Shown here: positions 10,318 to 19,825 of the stretch, in pieces
How the letters are laid out: each line of letters begins with the position of its first letter
Position numbering within the stretch: the first letter of the stretch is position 1
Origin: Spirochaetaceae bacterium
GTDB taxonomy: Bacteria > Spirochaetota > Spirochaetia > DSM-2461
NCBI GenBank assembly: GCA_051531975.1
Contig: JAOPTT010000002.1
Location: forward strand, 313,968-377,967
Reading direction: 5' to 3'
Length of the DNA stretch: 64,000 nt
Notes under the pieces: model-generated
Seen by the model: only the letters and a program-made list of their open reading frames with translations
The model's database searches: none
What the model was told of the DNA's origin: nothing
Translations under genes and position numbers: made by a program

Positions 10318-11628
10318 ATGATCGCATTAGTTGGCTGTGGAACAGTAGGTGGTGGTACAGCACTTTTACTTACAAGAGACTTTGATTTTTTAAAAAATAA
10401 AACAGGATTAAACCTAGGATTAAAGTATGTTGTTGATATAAATTTTGAACATGCAAAATCTATTGGAATACCTCCTGAGCTTTATGAGACAAACTACCAG
10501 AAGGTCTTAGATGATCCTGAAGTAACTATAGTTATAGAACTTGTTGGTGGCTTAACATTTGCAAAAGATGTTGTAACTAAAGCCTTAGGAGCTGGTAAGA
10601 ATGTTGTCACTGCAAATAAAGCACTTTTGGCTACATTTGGTGAAGAGTTATTTGCATTAGCTAGAAAAAATGATGTATGTATAGGTTTTGAAGCCAGTTG
10701 TGCAGGTGGAATTCCAATAGTTAAATCAATAACAGAAGGCATGGCTGTAAATAAAGTTGATGCTATTTATGGTATTGTTAATGGAACATGTAACTATATT
10801 TTAACTCAGATGATGGATAAAGATAAAAGTTATAAATCAGCACTTAAGGGAGCACAAGCTGCCGGTTTAGCAGAAGCTGATCCAACATTAGATGTTAATG
10901 GTATGGATTCTGCGCATAAAATATCAATAATGGCTTCTTTAGCATTTGGATATAACTGTAAGTTAGAAAATGTTTCAGCTACTGGAATAGAAGATATAGA
11001 TATTTACGATGTAAAACTAGGAAATGACATGGGTTACACCATAAAATTACTTGCTATTGGAGAAACTTCTGGCGATAAAGTTAGCCTTAGGGTTCAACCA
11101 GCATTTATTAGTAATGAACATCCTTTAGCACGAATATCTGGTCCATTTAATGGTGTTAGTTTATATGGTCACGCAGTTGGACATACAATGTATTATGGTC
11201 GTGGTGCAGGTGATCTTCCTACAGCTAGTGCTATTGGTGCAGATATAATTGGTGTAGCGCAAGGAACACAAAAAATAACTTTTGATAACTATAAATTTTG
11301 GCCAGATATAACAGAAGAACCTAGTTATTTAGACCCTTCAGAAGTTGAATCTGAATTTTATCTTAGATTAAATGTTGCCGATCATATTGGTGTGACTGCA
11401 ATTGTTACTACAATACTTGCAAAGAATTCTATTAGTATTTCTGCTATTTCTCAGAAAGCTCCAAAAGATGATGAAACACACCAGAGTATACCACTTGTAA
11501 TTCTTTTACACACAACTAAAAAAGGTCAACTAGATAATGCTATTAAAGAACTTAGAAAAGAAACTGAAATATCTAAAAATATTGTCGCTATTCCTGTAAT
11601 AGCAGAAAAGAAAGAAACTATCAAATAA
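10318..11628 (+). CDS. hom: Homoserine dehydrogenase with ACT domain
   Basis: GCGTVGGG, VVTANKA, FEASCAGGIP, GIVNGTCNYIL, AEADPTLDV, GRGAG..PTASA. Confidence 0.95.
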   Translation: MIALVGCGTVGGGTALLLTRDFDFLKNKTGLNLGLKYVVDINFEHAKSIGIPPELYETNYQKVLDDPEVTIVIELVGGLTFAKDVVTKALGAGKNVVTANKALLATFGEELFALARKNDVCIGFEASCAGGIPIVKSITEGMAVNKVDAIYGIVNGTCNYILTQMMDKDKSYKSALKGAQAAGLAEADPTLDVNGMDSAHKISIMASLAFGYNCKLENVSATGIEDIDIYDVKLGNDMGYTIKLLAIGETSGDKVSLRVQPAFISNEHPLARISGPFNGVSLYGHAVGHTMYYGRGAGDLPTASAIGADIIGVAQGTQKITFDNYKFWPDITEEPSYLDPSEVESEFYLRLNVADHIGVTAIVTTILAKNSISISAISQKAPKDDETHQSIPLVILLHTTKKGQLDNAIKELRKETEISKNIVAIPVIAEKKETIK

Positions 11629-11631
11629 TAT

Positions 11632-11660
11632 AAATGTCCGGAACCCGTTTTCGGACATTT
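11632..11660 (+). terminator. Hairpin, probable terminator after hom
   Basis: AAATGTCCG...CGGACATTT inverted repeat. Confidence 0.65.
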
Positions 11661-11693
11661 AACTCTATTTTTTAAACCAAAAAATATAAAAAC

Positions 11694-11721
11694 TTGACAT
11701 TAATCTCCCTCTAATTACAAT
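11694..11721 (+). promoter_or_regulatory. sigma70 promoter of glgP
   Basis: TTGACA (11694-11699), 16 nt, TACAAT (11716-11721); SD AGGAG at 11736-11740. Confidence 0.7.
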
Positions 11722-11739
11722 TGTAGTAATGGAAAAGGA

Positions 11740-14184
11740 GTGAAAACGATGAAATTTAACAAAGATGAATTTAAATTAAATGTAATTAATCGTCTAGATA
11801 ACGATTATGGTCGTACTATTAAAACTGCTACAAACGAAGAAATATATTACTCAGTATCAAGGGCTGCACTAAGTTCAATTTGGAAACAATGGTCTGATAG
11901 AAATAGAGATGTATACAATAAGGATACGAAACAAGCTTACTACTTTTCGGCTGAATTTTTAATGGGTCGAGCTATGAGTAACAATCTTGTAAATTTAGAA
12001 ATGCTCGATGGTGTAAAAGAGGTTTTAAAAGATTTAGATGTTAACTTTAATATAATTGAAGAGACAGAATCAGATGCTGGATTAGGGAATGGTGGTCTTG
12101 GTAGACTCGCTGCATGCTTTTTAGACTCATTAGCAACACTTGGCCTACACGGTCATGGGTACGGTATTAGATATAAATATGGGATGTTTAAACAACATAT
12201 AGAAAACGGTTATCAGATGGAATATCCAGATAACTGGCTACATTATCAGGATCCTTGGTCTGTAAAAAGAGAAGCAGATGCTGTTGAAGTTAACTTTTAT
12301 GGAAATGTTGAAACAGTAACAGATGATGATGGAAGAGTTCATTTTAAAACCATGAATACTGAGAGAGTAACAGCGATCCCTTATGATATGCCTATTATTG
12401 GATATGGAAACGGTGTTGTTAATACGTTAAGACTTTGGGAAGCTCATAGTCCTGATGGGTTTGATTTACAATTTTTTAATAAAGAGATGTACACAGAATC
12501 TGTTGAGAAAAAAAATAGAGCTGAGGATATATCTAGAGTTTTATATCCAAGTGACTTAGGTCACAGCGGTAAAACATTGAGACTAAGACAACAGTATTTT
12601 TTCTCATCTGCATCGTTAAAAGATATAATTAGAAAATACAAAGTTACATATGGTACCGATTTTTCACATTTTAATGAAAAGAATGCTATACAGTTAAATG
12701 ATACTCATCCTGTAGTTGCAATACCTGAATTGATGCGAATATTAATTGATGAAGAAGGATTAACCTGGGATACAGCTTGGCAGATATGTTGCAAAACATT
12801 TGCCTATACAAACCATACAATTTTAGCTGAAGCACTAGAAAAATGGCCTATTGAAATTATGAGTCATTTACTACCTAGGATCTACCAGATTATTGAAGAG
12901 ATAAATAGACGATTTATAACTTATGTTAATACTGCATACCCAGGTGATTGGGATAGAGCTCAAAGAATGTCTATAATATCTCACGGAGTTGTTAAAATGG
13001 CATGGTTAGCAATTGCAGGTGCTTTCTCTGTTAATGGTGTTGCCGCTCTTCATACAGAAATCCTTAAAAATCATGAGTTAAAAGATTGGTATGAACTATT
13101 TCCTGATAAATTTAATAACAAAACTAATGGTATCACACAAAGAAGGTGGTTATTAAAATCTAACCCAGAGCTTTCCGCATTTATTACTAAACATATTGGT
13201 AAGGGGTGGATAACAGAATTTGCACAAATGCAGAAGTTAGTACCACTAAAAGATGATAAAAGTGCACTAGATGAGCTTATGGCAATTAAAAAGATTAAAA
13301 AAGTTGAGCTAGCAAAATATATAAAAGAACACAATGATATTGATGTAGATCCAACATCTATTTATGATATCCAGATTAAACGTCTTCATGAATACAAAAG
13401 ACAACTTCTAAACATATTTCATGTTATGTATTTATATAACAAAATTAAAGCAGACCCAAGTTTTGACTTATACCCAAGAACTTTTATTTTTGGAGCGAAA
13501 GCCGCCTCTGGTTATACAAGAGCTAAACAAATAATTAAATTAATTACCAAAATGGGAGATATAATTAATAATGATACTTCCATCAATAACAAAATTAAAG
13601 TTGTCTTCATTGAAAACTACAATGTTTCTGTAGCTGAAAAGTTATTCCCTGCAGCGGATGTTTCAGAGCAAATATCTACAGCTGGAAAAGAGGCATCTGG
13701 TACTGGTAATATGAAATTTATGGTTAATGGAGCTATTACAATTGGAACTTTAGACGGCGCTAATGTTGAAATTGTAGAAGAAGCTGGAGAAGATAATGCA
13801 TTTATTTTTGGGTTAAAAGCCGATCAAGTACAAGAACTAAATATGTCCCATAGTTACAACCCAATTGCAGAATTAAACTATAATAAAGATTTAAAACTTA
13901 TCTTAGATCAGTTAACAAATGGATTTTTAGGACATGAGTGTCATAATGATTTTAAACCAATTGCAGATTCGTTACTTTATGGTGTAGATGGTGATAGACC
14001 AGACCCATACTATGTAATCAAAGATTTTTCTGAGTACTGCGTAGCTCAAGATAGAGTTTCTAGAGCATTTGTAGATACCCAAGAATGGGCAAAAATGTCA
14101 TTAATGAACATTGCAAAATCAGGTAAATTTTCTTCGGATAGAACAGTTGCACAATATGCCGAAGAAATTTGGAAGATATCATAG
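11740..14184 (+). CDS. glgP: Glycogen/maltodextrin phosphorylase (start probably ATG 11749)
   Basis: SAEFLMGR, GLGNGGLGRLAACFLDS, QLNDTHP, YTNHT, KRLHEYKRQ, PLP site EASGTGNMKF. Confidence 0.97.
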   Translation: MKTMKFNKDEFKLNVINRLDNDYGRTIKTATNEEIYYSVSRAALSSIWKQWSDRNRDVYNKDTKQAYYFSAEFLMGRAMSNNLVNLEMLDGVKEVLKDLDVNFNIIEETESDAGLGNGGLGRLAACFLDSLATLGLHGHGYGIRYKYGMFKQHIENGYQMEYPDNWLHYQDPWSVKREADAVEVNFYGNVETVTDDDGRVHFKTMNTERVTAIPYDMPIIGYGNGVVNTLRLWEAHSPDGFDLQFFNKEMYTESVEKKNRAEDISRVLYPSDLGHSGKTLRLRQQYFFSSASLKDIIRKYKVTYGTDFSHFNEKNAIQLNDTHPVVAIPELMRILIDEEGLTWDTAWQICCKTFAYTNHTILAEALEKWPIEIMSHLLPRIYQIIEEINRRFITYVNTAYPGDWDRAQRMSIISHGVVKMAWLAIAGAFSVNGVAALHTEILKNHELKDWYELFPDKFNNKTNGITQRRWLLKSNPELSAFITKHIGKGWITEFAQMQKLVPLKDDKSALDELMAIKKIKKVELAKYIKEHNDIDVDPTSIYDIQIKRLHEYKRQLLNIFHVMYLYNKIKADPSFDLYPRTFIFGAKAASGYTRAKQIIKLITKMGDIINNDTSINNKIKVVFIENYNVSVAEKLFPAADVSEQISTAGKEASGTGNMKFMVNGAITIGTLDGANVEIVEEAGEDNAFIFGLKADQVQELNMSHSYNPIAELNYNKDLKLILDQLTNGFLGHECHNDFKPIADSLLYGVDGDRPDPYYVIKDFSEYCVAQDRVSRAFVDTQEWAKMSLMNIAKSGKFSSDRTVAQYAEEIWKIS

Positions 14185-14205
14185 ATTATACAAATTAAAG
14201 TCAAA

Positions 14206-14251
14206 ACCACCGTTAATGTTTATGCAACATAATATTGACGGTGGTATTTTT
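14206..14251 (+). terminator. Long hairpin, probable glgP terminator
   Basis: ACCACCGTTAAT...ATTGACGGTGGT (one G-U pair) followed by ATTTTT. Confidence 0.7.
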
Positions 14252-14302
14252 GCATGGTATTCTATATTTATAAAGTAATTAATAAATGTTGGAGTTTAAA
14301 AA

Positions 14303-14584
14303 ATGAGTATCAATGAAAAAATCTATTGTGCAAATTGTATGCAGTGTAAACTTGTACCTTCTGAGACTGATAAAGGTCATGTTTTAAGAGTTCGATGTTC
14401 TGCTGGTCTTTGGAAAAAAAAGTTAGGCGAAGAAAAGTTATATAAGTACTTTACAATAGCAAGGAGAACACCTGAGTCTTGCGCCCACTATGAACCAATG
14501 GGTGATTTAAAAGACTTCTTAAAAGACTTAAAGAAAAACCTTCCAGTTCGGGATGAGGTAATAAAAATTCAAGAAGTTGGTTGA
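14303..14584 (+). CDS. Small Cys-rich, possibly metal-binding protein
   Basis: 93 aa, CANCMQC...C...C pattern, GGAG SD. Confidence 0.7.
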   Translation: MSINEKIYCANCMQCKLVPSETDKGHVLRVRCSAGLWKKKLGEEKLYKYFTIARRTPESCAHYEPMGDLKDFLKDLKKNLPVRDEVIKIQEVG

Positions 14585-14598
14585 TATAAAAAAAGCAT

Positions 14599-15741
14599 CT
14601 ATTTAGATGCTTTTTTCTTTTCTTCTTCTACTTCTGTTCTCTTTTTGTCTTTTAACATAATTGGAAATATTGTTATTTTGTTATCTCTAGACATTTGATA
14701 TACCATTTCGCTGGTAATTTCACCTCTAGGTTCTGGATGTGGTGGGGCATCACCTACTTGTACAATTATTTTTGCACTATTTTTCCATTCTAAAGTTGTT
14801 TGTGCTGCATATAATGCTTCAAAAACAGCTTCTGGAATATCTCTGCCACCAACGACTTTTATTGAATTTAATATCATTTGAACTTTTTCAAAATCATCAA
14901 CAAAATCGTATTTTAAAGTTAGATATTTTTCTTTGTAATCTCTATATAATATAACACCTATTCTTACTGATTTAAAACTTTCTATTTTTTTCTGTACAAG
15001 AGGTATTAGTTTTTGTCGTATAAACTCAACATCATCTTTCATACTTATTGTAGTATCTACTACTAAAGCGAGATCAACATCTTGTCCTGTATATCTATCT
15101 AATATTTCTCCAATTTTATCGACAGCACCATCACCATCAAATTCTTCAGAATAATCACCATTTGTTTCTCTAGCTATTTCTTCAAATATATTCTCAGTAG
15201 GTTCAGGTTTAATAACTTCTTCATGAAGTCTGATTATAAATGGGTTATCTTGAAATCCTTGATCATAATCACCATATTTAATTGGGAATGTTCTTATATT
15301 AAGCCAACTACCCTCCCCCATGTCAATTTGGCCTTCTCTAGACCATGGATATCCATAAGAAACACCTCTAGGAATATATATATGAAAGGCAAAACCAAAA
15401 ACCTCATTAACCTCTACTGTTGAATCAATTAAGAAGTTATAGGAAGGATCTAATTGTATACCATTCAGAAGTCTAATTTCACCTTTAACAGTTTCATTTA
15501 TATCAAAATCCTTAAGTGCAAAAACACTCCGTTCATTTGTTGGGTCCTCTGTAGAATCTGTTAATAAAATAGATTCAATCCCATCCTTTTTCCTTACAAA
15601 AAGATGTAAGCCATCCTCTCCATCTTTAGATTCAATATACGTATCTTCTGATAAAAGAATGAGATCTGATAATCCAGTTTCATCTGAATAGATATTTATA
15701 GCAATTAATAAAATAGAAAGTAAGGTGATAATTTTTCTCAT
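14599..15741 (-). CDS. Secreted von Willebrand factor A domain protein
   Basis: Signal peptide, MIDAS-like VVDTTISM, YRDY, GGRDIPEAVFEAL, VGDAPPH. Confidence 0.85.
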   Translation of the reverse strand: MRKIITLLSILLIAINIYSDETGLSDLILLSEDTYIESKDGEDGLHLFVRKKDGIESILLTDSTEDPTNERSVFALKDFDINETVKGEIRLLNGIQLDPSYNFLIDSTVEVNEVFGFAFHIYIPRGVSYGYPWSREGQIDMGEGSWLNIRTFPIKYGDYDQGFQDNPFIIRLHEEVIKPEPTENIFEEIARETNGDYSEEFDGDGAVDKIGEILDRYTGQDVDLALVVDTTISMKDDVEFIRQKLIPLVQKKIESFKSVRIGVILYRDYKEKYLTLKYDFVDDFEKVQMILNSIKVVGGRDIPEAVFEALYAAQTTLEWKNSAKIIVQVGDAPPHPEPRGEITSEMVYQMSRDNKITIFPIMLKDKKRTEVEEEKKKASK

Positions 15742-15818
15742 ACTAATAATATCGGTAAAAAATATGAAAACAGGAGAATTTTTGAAAAAAAACAGTCTAT
15801 ATATATTATGAGGTATTT

Positions 15819-16814
15819 ATGAAAAATTCTTATATGATATTATTATTAATATTAACTTCTTGTGGTGATTTCACTGATATCACTACAATTGATATTGATT
15901 TAATCCCACCGTTTTTAGAGAGTATAAAAGTAATTGATAGTAGAACATTGCAAATAAATAGCAGTGAACCAATTAGTCTGATAAGTAGCTCTTTTGTTTC
16001 CAGAGAAGATTATATAATTGAGGATTTTGTAGAAGATACAAATTCTCTGATTTTAACTTTTAATAAAGACCTTATTGCTGGTATCGAATATTGTAGTGAA
16101 TTTAGAATTGAGGATGAAAATAGTAACTCATTATCATTTATATCAAATTATTTTGGATATAATGATTCTATACCAAATTTAATGATAAACGAATTTATGT
16201 GTCGTGGAAGTAAAACAAATCCTGATAAAGTTGAGTTGTATATATTATCTTCTGGAAATATGGCTGGATTAACAGTTTTTAATGGCACAAAAAACAGTTA
16301 TGATTCATTTTTCACATTTCCTTCAATTAACGTAAACCAGGGTGACTATATAGTTATTAGATCAATATCTGATAATTATTCTATACCTTTCATCGAAACA
16401 GATAATTTAGATATTGAACATGATAAGAAGTTTTTACCTGGTATACGAGATCTTAGAGTAGAAGATTTTTCGTTATCTACAACTAACGGTGTTTTATCAA
16501 TCTATAGTGACCCTTATGGAGAGCCTATTGATGCTGTGGTTTTCTCAAAAAACATTAACGATGACAGTAAAAATTATAGAAACTTTGGTTTAAGTAAAGT
16601 TATTACCAGGATTGATGAGATATCAGAGCAGGGTTTATGGGATGGGATAACAGATATTATATTTCCCGAAGATGCTGTATTTGTAGGTAATTCAACTACA
16701 ACTAGAACTTTAAATAGACAAAACTTCTTAGATTCAAATACAAATGAAGAGTGGTATACTGTTGATACGGGTGAAGATAGTTTTGGTTATGTTAATTCTA
16801 CAATTGTTTATTAA
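15819..16814 (+). CDS. Lipoprotein with a lamin-tail-like domain
   Basis: Lipobox LTSC; LMINEF...DKVELY...FPSINVNQGDYIVI. Confidence 0.65.
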   Translation: MKNSYMILLLILTSCGDFTDITTIDIDLIPPFLESIKVIDSRTLQINSSEPISLISSSFVSREDYIIEDFVEDTNSLILTFNKDLIAGIEYCSEFRIEDENSNSLSFISNYFGYNDSIPNLMINEFMCRGSKTNPDKVELYILSSGNMAGLTVFNGTKNSYDSFFTFPSINVNQGDYIVIRSISDNYSIPFIETDNLDIEHDKKFLPGIRDLRVEDFSLSTTNGVLSIYSDPYGEPIDAVVFSKNINDDSKNYRNFGLSKVITRIDEISEQGLWDGITDIIFPEDAVFVGNSTTTRTLNRQNFLDSNTNEEWYTVDTGEDSFGYVNSTIVY

Positions 16815-17578
16815 CCTTTTTTCAGATCAGCTAATCTAAAGTTATATACAACCTGACTAATATAATTATATCCATCTACTGCTGAACCAGGGGGAATTGA
16901 ATCCAAAATACTTCTTCTATATAGATCTAAAAGATCATTTAGAAAAAAGGCAACCTGCTTCATACATGCTTGTTCGGCAATGGAAATTGCTTTTAAATCT
17001 TGCTCAGGTCTTTCTAATAAAAATATATATTTATCTAATACCGGGGGATTCCTAGATTTAGTACCTACTAATAGCCATAAATCATTCTCTAAATGATCAA
17101 CCATTCGACCTTCAGGGGTAGCTGTCTTAATATACCTACTAATACTATTCCAGTATCTATCTTCAAATATTTTTAAAGAACCATATAATTTTCTAACTTC
17201 TGGACTAGCATCATCTGTTATTTTTACTTCGGGGTACATTTTTATTCTTTCAGAATACTCTTTTAAAACCTTATCGGCATAGTCTCCATTTTTTGATCTT
17301 TCCCGTCTTTTATTGGCTAAGTCTCTATCTTTTTCTTTTAAGGCTATTTTGTCTTCTTCAATCTTTACTAATTCCATTACTATTAGTATCTCATTTTTGA
17401 AAAAAACTGCCATATTTTCTCTATATTTTGCAGCAAAAAAATAACGATTTTCAAATTCATCTTTTGCTCTTGAGGGTTTGAGATACGATACAATGTAGTC
17501 ATTGTACTCTTTTCTTATTTTTTTTAGGGTTTTGGCTATCTCTTCTTTAGATAATCCCCGATCAAATAGTTTAAACAT
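16811..17578 (-). CDS. Hypothetical protein
   Basis: 255-aa ORF with an N-terminal coiled coil and no recognised motif. Confidence 0.7.
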   Translation of the reverse strand: MFKLFDRGLSKEEIAKTLKKIRKEYNDYIVSYLKPSRAKDEFENRYFFAAKYRENMAVFFKNEILIVMELVKIEEDKIALKEKDRDLANKRRERSKNGDYADKVLKEYSERIKMYPEVKITDDASPEVRKLYGSLKIFEDRYWNSISRYIKTATPEGRMVDHLENDLWLLVGTKSRNPPVLDKYIFLLERPEQDLKAISIAEQACMKQVAFFLNDLLDLYRRSILDSIPPGSAVDGYNYISQVVYNFRLADLKKG

Positions 17579-17621
17579 TATAACTAATTTATCGGGGTTA
17601 AGGATGTTAAAATTAACTTAT

Positions 17622-18008
17622 TTATACAGTAACTTCTATGACTTCATCTTCAGTCTGCTGAACTTCGACTTTCTCACCTGTAAATATAGGTTTGAACTCT
17701 ACATGTTCAGCAACAACTTTAATTCTAGAATGCATCTGTTCCTGGTCATCTAACCACCGGTCCTGTTTTAAACGACCAACAACCCGAACTCCCCTTCCCT
17801 TACAAAGATGCTTAATACAGCTCTCAGCTACTGAACCCCATACATCTACATCAAAATAGGAAACTTCCTTAACATAGTCCTCTTCCTTCTTGTAGCTTCT
17901 ATTAACAGCAACAGTAAAACTACATACAAGTGAATCTCCAGATGTTCTTCTTTCTACTGGATCTTTAACCAAATTTCCTTCTAATAACAGCGAATTTAAA
18001 CTATTCAT
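17622..18008 (-). CDS. ssb: Single-stranded DNA-binding protein (short, no C-terminal PF tip)
   Basis: OB-fold pattern: LEGNLVKDP, FTVAVNR, FDVDVWG, KGRGVRVVGRLKQDRW, KVVAEHVEF. Confidence 0.92.
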   Translation of the reverse strand: MNSLNSLLLEGNLVKDPVERRTSGDSLVCSFTVAVNRSYKKEEDYVKEVSYFDVDVWGSVAESCIKHLCKGRGVRVVGRLKQDRWLDDQEQMHSRIKVVAEHVEFKPIFTGEKVEVQQTEDEVIEVTV

Positions 18009-18074
18009 ATACTCTCCTTAAATTGTATCTACATCTTTTATAAGAAAATATTGAATATAAATTCAGTTATAAAT

Positions 18075-18103
18075 AAAAAAAACACTCTCCGAAGAGAGTG
18101 TTT
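18075..18103 (-). terminator. Strong intrinsic terminator of the Msp-like gene
   Basis: Minus strand AAACACTCTC-TTCG-GAGAGTGTTT plus a long U-tract; cUUCGg tetraloop. Confidence 0.92.
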
Positions 18104-18130
18104 GTATAATCAATTTTTAATCAGTAAGGA

Positions 18131-19519
18131 TTAAAGAGAGATTTTAGCACCTACGTAGAAAGTACCTGATGTATCATCAGTACTGAAACCACTATAGTTA
18201 ACTGTTAAAACTGTGTTCTCTAATCCAGTAATTGCAGAATCAAAGTCTAAGTTTAAGTTATCTAATGTGAAATCAACATCACCGTTAAGTGTAGTTTCTA
18301 AAGTAGCAGTAAGACCAGTTACACCAGTAAAACCAGCATCTAATCCCATTTCACCAAAGTCAGCAACGTTTCCTAAATCAGCAGTTACGTTGTAAACATC
18401 AGCAGTAAAAGAAACTTCAACATCAAAGTTAGTATCAGAATCCATTTCACCTAAGTCAGATCCAACAGCAACTTTTGCAGTACCAGCATCTAAAGTATAT
18501 GCAACACTAGCGTTTAAAGTAGTTCCAACATAATCTTCAGTTGCAGTAATTGAGTTAGCAGTTAATACATCTTCAGCAACTGTCATGTAGTGAAAATCTA
18601 AACCGAAAGTTAATGCATCCATTGTATATGCAACAGTTGGTAATAATTCCATTGCAGTACCAGCATCAGTAGTTAAGAAGTCAAAAGGAACAATAACTGT
18701 TAAACCATCTATTGGCGAACTAGTTACTTTAACACCAACTGCAGTTTTTTTGTCAGCATCGTCTAATAAAGTACCAGTAGCGTTTGTAGCTAAAGCGAAA
18801 TCTAAAGTAAAGATTGCACCAGCAGTATACATAGCTGTAGCTCCGATGAAATAACCATCTTCGTCAGTAGGAATAGTATCGTCAGCTGTAACTTCATCTA
18901 CATTAACAATTTTATCTTCAGCGATAATATCAGTATCTCCAACATAACCTTCATCAGTTGTATTATCATTTCCATCATGTAAGAAACCATCAGTTTCGTT
19001 TGCAATAGTTAACTCAATTGACATAGTATCAGTAGCATAACCTAAAGAAACACCTTCGTTTTCGTCGAAAGAAGGTTTAACCCAATAGTCTTTGTCACCA
19101 TCAACAAAGTTAGCAGCTAAATCAGATTCAGATCCAACAGTTACATAAGCACCGTTAGCGAAATCTATCTTAGCAGAAATCTCACCTAAGTCTCCAGTAC
19201 CAATTAGTTCACCTTGGTCATCATCAACAGAACCCCAAGCATAGTCACCATCATCAGTAGTTAAGTTTAAATCTAAAGTTATAGTAGTTCCAGTAATTGA
19301 AGCTGCACCATATGCATCCTCACCTTCTGTAGCCGCTTCACCAGCCGCTAATGGAATTGTAACTGTTACAGATGCATCAGTTTCAAAACCGTTAGTTTCG
19401 TCGTCTAAATTAACTCCCCATTTAGTTTCAGCAGAACCAGAAATTGATGGTGCTAACTGTGCAAATGCAGAACTTGTTAATACTACTAATGTAGCTAAAA
19501 GAGCAATAGCTTTTTTCAT
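18131..19519 (-). CDS. Major outer sheath protein / porin-like (Msp/Tpr-like)
   Basis: Signal peptide ending SAFA, then QLAPSISGSAETKWGVNLD...GFE...VTIPL, resembling the treponemal Msp N-terminus. The C-terminal beta strand is GTFYVGAKISL. Codon bias looks highly expressed, with a GGAGG SD and a strong terminator. Confidence 0.75.
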   Translation of the reverse strand: MKKAIALLATLVVLTSSAFAQLAPSISGSAETKWGVNLDDETNGFETDASVTVTIPLAAGEAATEGEDAYGAASITGTTITLDLNLTTDDGDYAWGSVDDDQGELIGTGDLGEISAKIDFANGAYVTVGSESDLAANFVDGDKDYWVKPSFDENEGVSLGYATDTMSIELTIANETDGFLHDGNDNTTDEGYVGDTDIIAEDKIVNVDEVTADDTIPTDEDGYFIGATAMYTAGAIFTLDFALATNATGTLLDDADKKTAVGVKVTSSPIDGLTVIVPFDFLTTDAGTAMELLPTVAYTMDALTFGLDFHYMTVAEDVLTANSITATEDYVGTTLNASVAYTLDAGTAKVAVGSDLGEMDSDTNFDVEVSFTADVYNVTADLGNVADFGEMGLDAGFTGVTGLTATLETTLNGDVDFTLDNLNLDFDSAITGLENTVLTVNYSGFSTDDTSGTFYVGAKISL

Positions 19520-19597
19520 TTTTTATTTTCCTCCAGTTAATTGTATGAAAGACATAACAAACTGTCATGTTTGACCTTTCTTCTTTTTAACTTATTC

Positions 19598-19629
19598 GCA
19601 ATGTTATCATTGCCCTTGACAGCTGTCAA
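19598..19629 (-). promoter_or_regulatory. sigma70 promoter of the Msp-like gene, overlapped by two palindromes
   Basis: TTGACA (19629-19624), 17 nt, TGn-TAACAT. The palindromes are TTGACAGCTGTCAA and GCAATG-ttat-CATTGC. Confidence 0.7.
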
Positions 19630-19825
19630 CAAAAAAAGTTTAGTATTTTTTCTAACTTTCTTGTTTAAAGTCGGTCTAAGGCCTTCTTATAATAACATTA
19701 ATGTATTAATCGTCAATTATAGATAAAAATGTTACTTTTATTTCTTGATTATTTGACTAAGTTTCCCAATAAATGTACGATTTCTTATATTTAATGAATA
19801 TGTAATGTATTTTTAAGGAGTTATT

